Counted from the stretch's first letter, positions 35,070 through 47,139 are shown. The stretch: DNA of 47,139 bases from Hemiscyllium ocellatum (GCF_020745735.1 NW_026867481.1:186001-233139); one strand, 5' to 3'. Notes: a model not told the origin generated them from the letters alone. A program made the numbers and translations.

Positions 35070-35371
35070 GATTAGATTACTTACAGTGTGGAAACAGGCC
35101 CTTCAGCCCAACAAGTCCACACCAACCCTCCGAAGAGCAACCCACCCAGACAAATTACCCTACATTTGCACCTTCACCTAACACTATGAGAAATTTAGCA
35201 TAACCAATTCACCTAATCGGCACATTATAGTACTGTGGGCGGAAACCGGAGCACCCAGAGGAAACCCACACATACACAGGGCGAACACAGACAGTTTCCC
35301 GAGACAGGAATTGAACGCGGGTACCTGGCGCTGTGAGGCAGCAGTGCTATCCACTGTTCGAGCGTGCCATC
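35070..35371 (-). mobile_element. HE1-type tRNA-derived SINE, full length
   Basis: Reverse complement has a tRNA-like head (A/B boxes) and the tail GTGGACTTGTTGGGCTGAAGGGCCTGTTTCCACACTGTAAGTAATCTAATC; homologous to 43931-44234. Confidence 0.85.
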
Positions 35372-35380
35372 CACGTTTTT

Positions 35381-35615
35381 AGATTAGAGTCTCTCTAGTA
35401 TGAAACAGGCCTTTTGGCCCAATAAGTCCACATCGACCCTCCAAAGGGCACCCACCCACACCAGTGCCCCTACTATATATTTACCGGTGACTAACACAGC
35501 TAATGCTATGTGCAATTCACCCAACCTGCACATCTTTGGACTGTGGGAGGAAACTGGAGCACCCAGAGGGAAACCCACGCAGACATGGGGAGAACGTGCA
35601 AACTCCACACAGACA
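35381..35615 (-). mobile_element. HE1-type SINE, 5'-truncated tandem copy
   Basis: Second copy of the same body and tail directly adjacent; no tRNA head. Confidence 0.8.
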
Positions 35616-36899
35616 GTATGTTGGGTTATTCTCAGCTTTCTGTCCATATATTTGCACATTGTATTACTGACCATGCAACAGTTACAGAATAATTTTCAAA
35701 ATACATCACTGAGAGTGGGAGTTTTAAGGTAGCCATTCACACCTCCACTGACTGGTCCAGTAATAACTCAACTTCCTTCGTTGACATCATGCGCTTGCTT
35801 CTTGAAATGTTCATGTAATCAACTTTAGGTTGATACAATGTCAAGGAATTGACACTATTTCCAACAGCATTGTCGGCCTGAACATAAGTTAGAGCAATAG
35901 ATGAAGAAAGTAGTGCACAGCTTCTGAAGAATAATTCGGTAGGGATCGGTAAGAGAAATGGTTTCAATTAATGAGGTATTAACAAGTCTTGTCCTTGACC
36001 ACTGTGTATCATAGTCTTGCTAACATAGTGTCAATTAAGTCGTGATGGAGTAATTCCCAAATTGAGAGTTTGCGACCCTTGAACCAGTCGTTAGCGAACT
36101 GTGGACAGATATAGAAGCAAAATATGTACTCCAGATTGGTTATTGTTATTTTCCTTTGTCTCAAAGGGCACTGTTTACGTTTTCAGCCTGTTTTCCCCGC
36201 TTCAGTCTCTCAGCCCAGCTCTGCCCTTGCACATTGATAACTTGATGCTTCCATCATATTGTTTACTAAGGCAGAATTTATTTCTGCTACGGAGAGCCTG
36301 CAATGTCTCACATTTTCCTCATCATGAATAGTTTCGACATATTGACACAGAACTGAGAGATTCAAATAATCAAATGGGCAATAGCATCTTGAAAAAGGAC
36401 TGATAGAATACTTTCATAATTTTTTTTTATAGCAGCCCATGCTGGCCTCATGCAGCAAGCTGGCTTTCCAAATGGTCAATCTTGCAGCAAGTTGGGATAC
36501 ATTACAAACTTTCTAGACATAGTAATCTGATTGTAATTCGCGCACAGTTTGAACAAAAAGGAATGTTTGAAGTCCAGACTTTCAATCTGAAACAAGGGCA
36601 ATAATGTCATGAAGAGACATTTCATCCATGAAATGGAAATTTAGAATAAAGGATTCAAGAATAGTGATAATCTAGAAGATGAGTAAGGGAATGTTTCAGA
36701 ACACAAAGATGAGAACTTATCCATCCAAATCAGAAATAAATATTCCATGGAGACAGTCAAATTCTGCAGCTAACTGAAAATGTTAAATAGGACCAATTAA
36801 ATAAATAGCATAATTTTGTGAAAAAAATGGTGAATGGTCAAGAAATTGGTAGAATATGAAAGGATGGTTGAGTGTGAATAAAACTTTAATTAGGAGAAA

Positions 36900-38050
36900 A
36901 GCATTGGATTCGGAGGGATTATTGCCCTCGTTATTTTACATTGGATTTTCCTGTAGTCAGCACAAATTATACCTCAGCAATAGCGTTAACTTTGGAAATA
37001 TTTGTTAGGATGGAAGTAAAGAACTGAAGAATCAGTAAAAAAAATATTGAGGAAATATTTCAAGTCCTATGCAAACAACAGGTCTCAAAAGATCAATCAG
37101 AAAATTTTATCTTAAGAATGTCTAAATACAATGGTTGAAGAGATTTGCAACATTGCTGAGATTTGGCAAAGAATACATTATCTTTATAAATAGCACAATT
37201 ACGGTCTTTGTTCAAGATGTGGGGATGAAATGACTGGGAGAGAATCGAGGAAACTACAGGACACTTATCTGAAGGTGGCTGAATTGAAAATTGTACGAAT
37301 CCATCGTAAAATTCACTGAAATAGCACTATTAAGCATAGAGTAATATGGCAATAAAAACGTTTTTTTTTCGAAGTGAAATCGTAATTAATTTTATTGGAA
37401 TTTTATGAAATCATTACATGAGGTGTGGCTAACGTGCAATAGAAAGATGTATGTAGATTTCCTAAATATTTCTCGTAAGTTACCAAATGAATGGTTATAG
37501 TGTAGAATAAATTGCCATTGAATAATAATCATTACGTTTGCGTGGATAGGTAAACATGCTAGCAGGAATCAAAGAGGAGGCAAAACAGATTTGCATTAGA
37601 AAAATGCAAAGCTTGCTGTATGGCAAGGATGAGTCCTGAGGCTTCGAGCGTTTGCAACATTTATGATTGTCATGGATAACAGGAAAAAGCTATGGACGCT
37701 GAACACAATGAATGACACAAATAGGTTTGAATGTAAGTTCTGAAGACAGTATAAGCAGATTATAAAAGAAAAATACATCAAGTGAGTGGACAAAACAGTG
37801 ATAACTGGGGTATAATTTGAAAGAAATTTAGAAGAAATAATAAAAGCTAAGCTGAGTGTCCACGTGAAGTGTGCTGACAGCTTTCTGGAATAACGAGGTT
37901 GTACACAAAGACATCAAGTAGATGAGGAACTGGATAGATTTTACTGATTAATATGGCAGAAATATAATTTTAATATCGTGAAGTTATGCTTCAATTTCAA
38001 AGGCATAAAGCCACCACATGTAATGTACTGTCCACAGTATAGGTATCCTG
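36900..38050 (+). mobile_element. Very degenerate CR1-type LINE remnants within the GPCR intron
   Basis: Patchy nucleotide resemblance to RT segments; no long ORF; boundaries uncertain. Confidence 0.4.
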
Positions 38051-38705
38051 ATTTAAGGATTGCTATAAATGATTTGCAAGCAATTCAGAGAAGGTAAGAT
38101 TTACCAGAATGATTCATGGCACGTCAAAGGTTCTTGCGATTATCAGCTGAAGAACTCGGTATTACAACTCCATGTTTTCCACTTTTCCTTCCCCAACTCA
38201 GAGAAATGTAAGTTTGCCACTCATCTCTTCTGTTTCTGTATATATCTTAAATCAATTGCTGTTATTGATAGCACTGAATAATGTCACGGCATTTAATTAA
38301 GAGGAGCCATATTTGATCCTCAGTGATGTGTAAACCGTGTTACTGTCAGCTTCCACACTCGTTGTCTTACCCACGACATAATTTTCTATAAGGCTTTGAT
38401 ATTATTATTTCACCGGATCACTTAACGAATCAATGTTAATGTAGACTTGACTCAGAATTGTTCTTCCTCTCTACTAAAATCCAGCAGCTTGTTTAGTATT
38501 CCTTATCCATTTACAAACATATTTTTAAGCTGTAAGTATATTTTGAATGTGGTGACGATTCCATCGACTGAAAAGTGTAAATATCACCGAATAATATGTT
38601 TCAAAAGCATTCGGTTAAATGGACAATTTACTAGAAGTCAAAGAAGTAATTTTCCTGTTCTCTCTCCCTCTCTTTCTCTCACTCTTCGTGTTTTCACTGT
38701 TATAG

Positions 38706-39604
38706 CTAATTTGACAGTAATTGCAATCCTATCTCGAAGAAAATGCGGCCTGTCTGGATGTATGCGTCTTTATCTGTTGTTCATGGCGTTGACAGATCTG
38801 CTAGTCCTGGTCACTGCTGTAATATTAAACAAGATTGCTGGGATTTACTATCAATACAGTTTCCTATCCATCACTCCAGTGTGCAGTCTCCGTACTGTGT
38901 TAACTTCCATTGCCTTTTTGAGCTCAACTTGGTTAACTGTCACTTTCACCTTTGATCGATTTGTGATGATTTCATGTCCGAAGCTGAAAATAAAATATTG
39001 CACCAAAAATGCAGCAGCACGGGTCATAGGAATTGTGTTTGCAATGTGTATTATAACAAGTGCATTTTGGTACTTTGTATACGAACCTGTGTATACAGTT
39101 AACAATGTACCCTGGTTCTGCAAGCCAAAATTAATATTTTACGTGTCACCTGAGTGGGCAGCATATGACTTAATTCGTAGCATTTTGAACCCTCTTCTCC
39201 CATTCATTCTGATTTTACTACTCAATGCTCTGACGGTTAGAAGCATTCTTGTCGCAAATAGTGCCCGCAGGAGACTCCGGGCCCAGAATCACGGAGACAA
39301 TCAGAGTGATCCAGAGATGGAGAAGAGGAGAAGATCCATTGTACTACTCTTTGCAATTTCAGGCAGTTTCCTCTTGTTGTATTTGTTATCTTTTATAACG
39401 ATCCTGTATGTCCGAATTGGCAAAGTTACCTATTTTTCAGGTTCAAATTTCACTAAATCGACATTTATCATTGAGGAGACTGGATTTATGCTTATATTTT
39501 TGTGTTCCTGCATTAACCCGTTTATTTATGCTGGAACTCAAAACCAATTTAGAGACGAGTTAAAGAATGGGCTTAAATACCCACTGCGTCGATATCTTAA
39601 ATAA
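38706..39604 (+). CDS. Exon 2 of a GPR139/GPR142-like class A (rhodopsin family) GPCR; spliced product 322 aa
   Basis: Long polypyrimidine tract and TTATAG| acceptor. Motifs ANL (TM1), MALTDLLV (TM2), TFTFDRF (DRY variant), WFC (ECL2), NPLLPFILILLLN (TM5), RRRSIVLLFAISGSF (TM6), CINPFIY (NPxxY). 70+899 = 969 nt, stop TAA 39602-39604. Confidence 0.95.
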
Positions 39605-41770
39605 TTCAAAATACGGAAATTGCAACAGACAATCGTGTGCAATGTTCCAAATGCATATTATAACAAAGTGGAGAACATAAAATATAAAATATAAAGTTAA
39701 AGAATTTGCAAAAGAAATTAGTACTATTAGGATTTCTGTATGTTTTATTCACTTGATTGCTTTCAGTGTCACCTATAAAGCCAGCATTTGTTGCCCTTCA
39801 TAATTCCAGACATTAAGTAACCTAAGATGGTGACTGGTATGAAATAAATACAAACTTTGCCAACTGTTAGATTCAGTAAATTAATGTTCCGGTTATTTCA
39901 CGGATTGTAACGCACTATCATACAAGTAATTGATTGAATGCCAAATGTGCCATTAATGGAGACAAAGGCTAATATTGCATGAATGAATAAAGCAAGCGCG
40001 TGCAAAGATAAATCAGTCAAGATCTGGGGTAAGATAAACAGAAATGGTCAATTTGGATTTAACGTTGAAAAGAACAAGAAAATAGAATCTGAGATGTAAA
40101 TGCTTTTGTACACAGGAGAGAAAGTTTTTTTTTAATTACTGAGTCAGAGAGCTCAGTAATTGAATGAAGTGGCTGTCAGCTTCAATCCCGGGATAATTAA
40201 ACTGGTGAAGTTATTTACTGCCTGGACTCCGAAACAGTCTTCGGAAAAATCTACTTTACATTCAAATTCACTTGAATGTTTCCACTAAACAAACTGAAGC
40301 TGTGAGTCCGGATGCTGTCTGTACCAGAATAAATAATAGTCGTTCCAAGTCCATTTACAGAAACAAATTAAAGTCATTGTTTTTTTCCTTCTGAATAAAT
40401 ATCCAAGGATAATGGCTGAATGATAGAATATCCATGACTCATATCTGAAAAGATAACATGTTCAATGAGAAAAATATTTGAGATATGGTTATTCCAAATT
40501 CAGAATGAAACCATGTTCTATCAATGAGGGAAATGATGGACAGTGCTGCATCATAATTACCTATCAGGATTGTTCCTTGCTCAGTCCAGACACCAATAAG
40601 TGCACTGTCCTGACAGCTCTGTGCAAAGGGTATTGAGTATTTCAAAACATTGATTTTAATTCCTATCCTCAAGTCTTCTGACATGTCTCATCTCACAGTC
40701 TTATGCCCCCAGAATGCAATGATACTGACGGGAAGTATATCAGCTCCAATTGATCGGATGCATTTCAAGAGAGGCTAGGACCAGTGATCATACAGGAGAG
40801 CCTTTTCCACTTTATTTAAGATTGATACCTATGCCTGCTGTTTTAAATATTGTTGTATGTGACATTAATGTCATTTGTTTCGTCACCATTTACTTCTCAT
40901 CCTTAATTTCCTGGCGAAAATGGGAGTGGTGTTCCTTCATGATGCCATACAGCATATGTGGTACGGTGTGATTGGTGGCGGAGATGGAGACGGTGGGGCA
41001 GGGTTTTTGGTAGGTTTCTAGTATTCCTGCGAAACTACAGGGGGGAGGGGGTATTTATATCGTTTTAGTCATTATGGTAAATGATTTGGAGATAAACGTG
41101 CAGCTGGTAATATCACCTTGAAGGTCAGGGATTTAAATGGCATTAGGTTTATTTGGACTCAATAGCTTCGATGAAATTCAGCGTGTCTAATTGCCTGGGC
41201 ACTGGTAGTATCGACTCCCGTGTTCCGACCTCCAGATCACAGTAATTCAAATGATACTATAAAGTTCCAAACGATCCATGCATCTAACATGATATAAAGT
41301 TGGCATCCGCTGTTATTGAGGAAACAATTAGGAAGAATATGCCATTTTTCTAACTTAAACCACGTTTCAAACGTCGTCTTTGACTGTAGTTCTCGCATAA
41401 AACGTGATTCACGTTCTAGCTCCTTGGGCCTGCTCTTCTTCGTGCCTGTGAGAATAGATTTGATAAATCACAATCTTCAGATTAGAGATTGCCAGTGAGA
41501 GAGAACATAGAGTTTAGCATCAATACTATGCATTCATTTTTTTCTCCTTTATTGCCAAACAACAGGTCGAAGCCTGGCGATTTAACCAAACACCATTGAA
41601 TACCCCACATTGGATTCCAGAACTCTAACAAGAGCTCAATAGCATGAGAGAGTCATATGGCACAGTAATAGACTATTCGGCGCATCGTGTGTATGGCAAC
41701 CAACAAACACGAATTTACATGAATTCCCTTTGTCTTGACCAGACCATGTCCCACTTATGGGTTAAGTGTT

Positions 41771-41915
41771 GGCCTAGTGGTTCGAATCCCACCACGACAG
41801 ATGGTGGAATTTGAATTCAACAAAAATCAGGAATTAAGGATCAAAAAATGACGGTGAATCCGTTGTCGATTGTGGGGGGAAAATAAAAACCAAACTGGTT
41901 GACTAATGAAATCCT
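41771..41915 (+). mobile_element. tRNA-derived SINE fragment (same family as 3121-3300)
   Basis: B-box GGTTCGAATCC at 41779-41789 followed by AGATGGTGGAATTTGAATTC. Confidence 0.6.
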
Positions 41916-41917
41916 CG

Positions 41918-42830
41918 GCACTCTTGTCTAAGTCATTCATGTTCATAGAAAGCAACAAGGTTGCCAGAATCGATTCTTGAGGTAGGCCTCTCGTTCCAGG
42001 CTTCCAATCACAAAAATGGAGATCCACCATCACCTTTTGTCTCCTATTTGCCAATTTTCAAACAATTTTGCCAACAGATTCATGTTTTAAAGTTGTGGAA
42101 GAGGCTTCCATGGTGGAACGTTGTCAAAGGCTTCACTACAGTCTAGGTAAACCACTGTCCTACCTCCATTAATCAATTTCATAGCCTTTCCAAACGATAC
42201 TCAATTAAATTAAGCAGACATGATATTGTATGACCAAAACAGTGTGGAGCATCCCTGATCATTCTCTACATTTCCAAGTGTGGATTAATCCTGTCCCTCA
42301 GATTTTTTCAATAGATTACCCCCCCCCCGCACCCGCCCCCCCCCCCCCCCCCCACTGACCACAGGCAAACTGGTGTGTAATTATCTGCCTATCCCTGGTT
42401 CCCTTCTTCAGAAAAGGAGCCACATTAGTTACTTTCCAGTTATCCAGCACTCCTCTCGTGGCTAATCAACTATGACGTATATCAACTAACCTCTCTGCAA
42501 TCTTACCTCTTGTCTCCCATAGCAGCCTGTGCTGCATCTCATCAGGCCCTGGGAATCCATGCTTCTTTGTCCTCGTGAATAAAAGTAATATTCCATTTCC
42601 TTATCAAATAAACGTGTTCTAGGAAGCCACCACCCCGAATCAAATCCTTGGTGACTTTGTATTTCTCTTATGTGAATACTGTATTTTCCCAATTTCTCTT
42701 ATTCTTTATGTATCTGTACAATTCCCTGGTATCTTGTGGACACACCTTGCCCTCCCAACTTCATTTCAAGCCATCCTACATATTCTCTATACTTCTGAAT
42801 GACCTTTCCTGTCTTTTAAAGCATATTAAC
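41918..42830 (-). mobile_element. CR1-type LINE RT fragment
   Basis: NRRQKVMVDLHFCDWKPGTRGLPQESILATLLLSMNMNDLDK resembles NRRQRVVV.G.FSDW.PVTSGVPQGSVLGPLLF.IYINDLD. Confidence 0.85.
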
Positions 42831-42959
42831 TGATGCACACGCCCTTCTTTTTCCTTACCTGACAATTACATGCTTTGACATCTCGGCTTTACTATACATG
42901 TTGCCCTGACCCTTCACTCTTGAAGCAACATTCTGAACCTGAACTCGCAAGGAACAAAG

Positions 42960-43910
42960 AGCAAAGGAAATAAACAGCCTAGGAACAGTTCCTTTGGGCC
43001 CTTCAAAGCTGAACCGATCCAAATCCACTGTTTAAACCTATCGCACAATTCCTAAGGATATATATCCCTCTGCTCCCCAACTTCTCAGGCATCTGTCCAG
43101 ACGCAATGTAAATGAATTATTTTCTACCTCTGTTGGCAATGCATTCCGGGCATCTGCCACCACTGTATGAAACATTTGTTGCGTGTATCCACCTTATACT
43201 TTTCACCTCTAACCTTGAACGCGTGGTCTCCCGTTATTGAATCCGTTATCCTGGGGAAAAAAATTATCTCTATGCACCCTGTCTGTTCGCTTAATGATTT
43301 TGTAGACATCAAACAGGTCCCCCTGTCTCCATTTTTCTAAGGAAAGCAATCCTAACCTACTCAACCTCGCTTCATGCCTTGCAAATTCCATACCAGGCAA
43401 CATTCTCGTAAATTTTCTCTGCACCCTGTCCAACGCTTTCACATCCGTTTGCTAATGTGGCGACCAGAACTGCACACAGTATTTTATATGCGGCCGAAGC
43501 AATGTCTTGTACAGTTTTGGCATGACCTGTCAGCTTTTAACTCAATACCCAGTTCTATGAAGGCAAGCATACAATATGCCTTCTTGACCACTCTATCCAC
43601 CTTTGCAGCCATCTTCAAGGTACAATGTACCTGAAATCCCAGATCTCTTTGCTCATCAATTTTGCTTTCCCAAGGCTCTTCCGTTTACAGTGTTCTTTCC
43701 TCTAGAATTAGACTTCCCAAAATGCATCACCTCACGTTTGCCTGGATTGAACTCCATCTGCCACCTCTCCATCCAACTTTCCAGTCTATCTATATTGTCA
43801 TATATTCTTTGACAATCACCGATGCGTTTTGCTTCTCCAACAATATTCGTGTCATCTGCAATCTAACTGATGAGACTAACGCTGTCCTCCTCCAGATCTC
43901 ATTAAAAAAT
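42960..43910 (-). mobile_element. CR1-type LINE 3' portion
   Basis: ALDRVQRKFTRMLPGMEFARHEARLSRLGLLSLEKWRQGDLFDVYKIIKRTDRV is a clear CR1 ORF2 C-terminal signature. Confidence 0.9.
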
Positions 43911-43930
43911 TATAAAAAAAATTCCCACTG

Positions 43931-44234
43931 GGGTGGCACAGTGCCGCAGTGGTTAGCAATGTTGCCTCACAGTGCGTCGTACAAGGGTTCAATTCCAGTC
44001 TCGGGCGATGTCTGTGTGGAGTTTATACATTCTCCCTTTGTCTATGTGGTTTGGCTCCGGGTTTTCTGGTTTTTTTCCCACGATCCAAAAAATGTGTTGG
44101 TGAGGTGAGTTGGCCATGATGATTTGTCCATAGTGTTCAGTGTATCAGTGAAGGGAAATGAGTCTGGATGGGTCGGTGTAGATTTGTTGGGACGAAGGAC
44201 CTGTTTCCACTATGTAGGTAATCTAATCTGATCT
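43931..44234 (+). mobile_element. HE1-type tRNA-derived SINE, full length
   Basis: Head GGTGGCACAGTG...GTGGTTAGC...GGTTCAATTCC (B-box 43986-43996); tail ...CCTGTTTCCACTATGTAGGTAATCTAATCT. Confidence 0.88.
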
Positions 44235-45094
44235 CATCAAAATTAGATGTACTTGCAAGCTTTCTTTCCCCATCTAAATCTGCCAGATCCTATTTAATGA
44301 TATTGACCTCGGCTTTCCTCGAATTTATATATTTAATTTCTACCCCAAGCTTACCACTTTTCACAATAAATTCAAAACTTTCAGTGTTATGGGTATTATC
44401 CCGATAAATGTAGCACATTGACACTTCCATCACTTGGCCGATTTCATTAGTCAATTGGCCCCTCTACTAAGTATGGATAAAAGCCTTTCAACGTTCAGAT
44501 GGATTCTGTGGGCAGAAAAGAATCCATGTGGTTTGGACCTGCTTTATTATCCAGTTTCCTTGACCATCATAGTCACAACTGGAAGGGTCTTCAGACACCA
44601 CATCCCAAGATGCGTCTCGCATTTCCACGTTGATATTCAGATTACATTTGCCACACTTTCTATTGGTTTCTCCTTTATTTTGGTTATTATCGAATAATAA
44701 ATTTTATTTTCAGAAACTAATCCTTCAATATGGGTAATATCGGCTTCATGCGATAATGTTTCTTTCTGCATAAGTATAATGCATTCATGAGTTTTGCGGT
44801 GCAAACCATTTAGCATTGCAAATAAAGAAGAGGCAATAAAATTCAATTTGTCTTCTCACAAAATTCTCCACCTTATTCCGTGTAATGCAATCGCAATATT
44901 TATAACATCTTTGTCTCCGTGTGTTGATGCCCTGATGAACACACCAGACCTTCGTTGATCCCATTTATTGCACTTCTGCACAGCTCCTCTGCACTGTGAC
45001 GACAGAACTGTTGCGACAGTTCACGGGTATGAAAGCTCCATTTAGTATACACTCACCAAATTCAGAAGCAAGGTTGTTGTACTTGTTCTGCTTT

Positions 45095-45382
45095 ATCTCT
45101 GCACCAGAAAGAAAGACATGGTGCTTTCAATTGAAGAGCATCAGCATACTTAATCTATTCAGCTTATTTTCATTGTGCAGGTTAAAACAGAATATGTTCT
45201 ACAATTCTGGAGGTTTATAATCATCCTCCATGTATCTTGAGTAAATAACTCAGAATTTTCCGAGAGCATTGCATGTCCCATATTAGGGTGCTGCCAGCGT
45301 AGGTTCTCGAGTAGCAGCAGTGCAGATTTATGTACTCGCTGTTCCAGACAATAGATTCAGATTAATTTTATGACACTGAATC
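45095..45382 (-). pseudogene. TCR alpha/delta-type V pseudogene beyond the GPCR
   Basis: One frame DSVS*N*SESIVWNSEYINLHCCYSRTYAGSTLIWDMQCSRKILSYLLKIHGG: Cys is residue 22 (45317-45319), Trp 13 codons later (45278-45280). 3' half frameshifted (PPEL*NIFCFNLHNENKLNRL). Leader donor GTGAGT at 45455-45460. Confidence 0.7.
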
Positions 45383-46308
45383 ATTTACTCATTCTTGTGT
45401 CACAATTACAAGGTGGTTCAGTGGTGAAGGAAGAAAACCGCTCCCTGGAAAGCCACTCACGATTAAGAATAAAACATTTTAATAGTATATAAGTCCATTA
45501 TCATTGGCGAGGAATACAGAAAGCAAGTAGTATCCAGTTTATACTTTGAAAGAAAATGCCAATTCATTTAAATGTGTTGATCTCCTCGCCTGAAATTAAA
45601 ACGTAACCAGGTTCAGCCTTCATTTACTGAGAAACTGAGTGTGTTCCCTAAATACAGTACTGAAAACATTGTCAGCAGATGACAGCTGCACACCAAGCAA
45701 TGAGACCCGTCGACATTAACTTCCTCTAATTCGTGTCAGATTCTTCTCTAACATTCTTAGTGTCCCTTTGCTCTGTATTTTTGCGCTGATCTCTTCTTCT
45801 CCCTGATGAGACTACCTCTGATTGATATAGATATTCCCTCTGCCATAAAATATATGCTAATTAATCTAATGTCATAATTTCACGGACTTAGGGAAATAAA
45901 TTGCTGTTCTCACTGGTCAGGATGACATATGATTCACGAGCCACGACCTTGTGTTTGATTCTTAACTGCCGTTCAGCCTTTAAAGGACAGATAATAAATG
46001 TGAACTTTGTCACTAAAGCCGACATTCATTCAATGATTAAAAACAAAATCTTGGCAATGATCGCAGAGTTTGATGGAGTGGGCAAATATAATCACAATAC
46101 CAAATTAGCCAGCAGGTGATGGGAACGCAATTATGGAATTTTCAGATTGATCCTGGACTGAAAGTGAAGCAATAAACGTTGTGACTAATATTTATGTTCA
46201 ATGAAACCCTACGTCAGATTCAGTCAATCCCAAATAATGCAAACTGTTTTCCATGACATCATGACCGAGATCATATGTTCATGATTAATTAAATGCTCTG
46301 CAGTGTGA

Positions 46309-46475
46309 GAGGAGGCGAGACACACAGAGTTTGAGAGAGATATAGAGAGAGAGAAAATGAGGAAGGGGCAGAGAGGGAGAGAGACAGAGAGAGACATAGA
46401 GACGAACAATAGAGACAGGTAGAGAAAGGAAAAGAGAGAGAGAGAGACCGATAGATTGACAGAGAGACAGCACGA
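46309..46475. repeat. Imperfect (GA)n purine-rich microsatellite
   Basis: Interrupted GAGAGA/GAGACA runs. Confidence 0.9.
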
Positions 46476-46513
46476 GTAACTGAAAGCGTGTGAGAGGGAC
46501 AGTGGTCCCTTTC

Positions 46514-46850
46514 CATTGTAGTTTCAACAAGCGCATGATTGCAGACAGCCAATTGCTGAGTGTGAGTTAATGAGAACTCACGCCTGGCGTGATAACTCTG
46601 ATTTCTCTCCACAGAAGCTGGAAGACCTCCTGAGCTTTTCCAGCATCTTTTGTGTTTGTCTACCAGAACATTCTCAGCTTCATTCAGAAAAAGATAGAAT
46701 AGAAAAAGTGAGTGCTGCGCCCACAGCCACTGACCTGCTGTTTGAACATGGTAGAGTAATTGTCATCAGCTTGCAAGTTTCCTTCCTGAGCTGGTAAATT
46801 TGTTCTCAGACGATGTGTCACCTTGGTAAGTAACTCCGATGATGCTCTTG
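46514..46850 (-). pseudogene. Possible V relic interrupted by a short repeat
   Basis: QEGNLQADDNYSTMFKQQ upstream and EFSLTHTQQLAVCNHALVE followed by heptamer-like TACAATG (46514-46520) downstream of the 46594-46658 insert. Confidence 0.35.
46594..46658 (+). mobile_element. Fragment of the 6327-type Penelope-derived short repeat
   Basis: CTCTCCACAGAAGCTGGAAGACCTCCTGAGCTTTTCCAGCATCTTTTGTGTTTG resembles the right arm of 6327-6497. Confidence 0.6.
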
Positions 46851-47139
46851 TGTTCTGTCCCACTTGATATTTATGTGTGTTGGCATGTTGTGATTGACGG
46901 ATCATTTACAGTTCTTTTTCAAAAGGCTGGAACATGGCGTCCAAATCGATGTGTTCCAGTTTGAATGCCAGGCCACCTGCAATGCCAAGTGGGTGGCTTT
47001 GTTTTTTAGCATGTCCAAGAATGGAAGAATTGTCCCAGTCGAATTGGGCTCCTCTTCTGTGTGTGTGAATACTGGTCTATGTTTCCTGCGTTTTAGTGGC
47101 TAGTTGGTGTTCATGCAATCTGGAAGCTAGTTTCCTGCC

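Noticed and set aside
38447-38705. 86-aa N-terminal extension of the GPCR ORF
   Set aside because: Reads through a polypyrimidine tract and acceptor; a better in-phase first exon exists at 34401.
43937-43974. Two perfect CACAGTG heptamers
   Set aside because: Inside a SINE head; no nonamer at 12 or 23 nt spacing.
43931-44000. tRNA gene
   Set aside because: A/B boxes belong to a SINE head; no complete cloverleaf, and it continues into a SINE body.
44960-44998. Minus-strand CACAGTG as the RSS of the 45095 V
   Set aside because: About 100 nt too far from the predicted V end, with no acceptable nonamer.
46224-46612. Leu/Ser-rich ORFs
   Set aside because: Produced by the (GA)n microsatellite.
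1-47139. CRISPR arrays, operons or other prokaryotic systems
   Set aside because: Spliced genes, RSSs and vertebrate retroelements show eukaryotic DNA; no regularly spaced direct repeats were seen.

Overview
Vertebrate genomic DNA, not prokaryotic. The repeats (HE1-type SINEs, CR1-type LINEs, Penelope-derived elements) point to an elasmobranch, probably a shark; this is inference. The window looks like the decaying edge of a T-cell receptor alpha/delta V-gene array. One V gene has an open frame, leader exon and intact 23-RSS but lacks the canonical first Cys and the Trp (12458-12984). A second V exon is near intact with a near-consensus RSS (15325-15617). About ten further V pseudogenes or relics lie on both strands and are largely missed by the ORF track. 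One intact two-exon class A GPCR of the GPR139/142-like type (34401-34470 joined to 38706-39604) has V relics on both sides. A Penelope-like element fragment forms a 287-bp near-perfect inverted repeat with two minimal hammerhead-ribozyme motifs (1882-2487), and several short fold-back Penelope-derived elements are present, one with a 15-bp TSD. There are two assembly gaps. All translations and alignments were done by eye, so repeat boundaries are approximate and the weaker V relics are low confidence.
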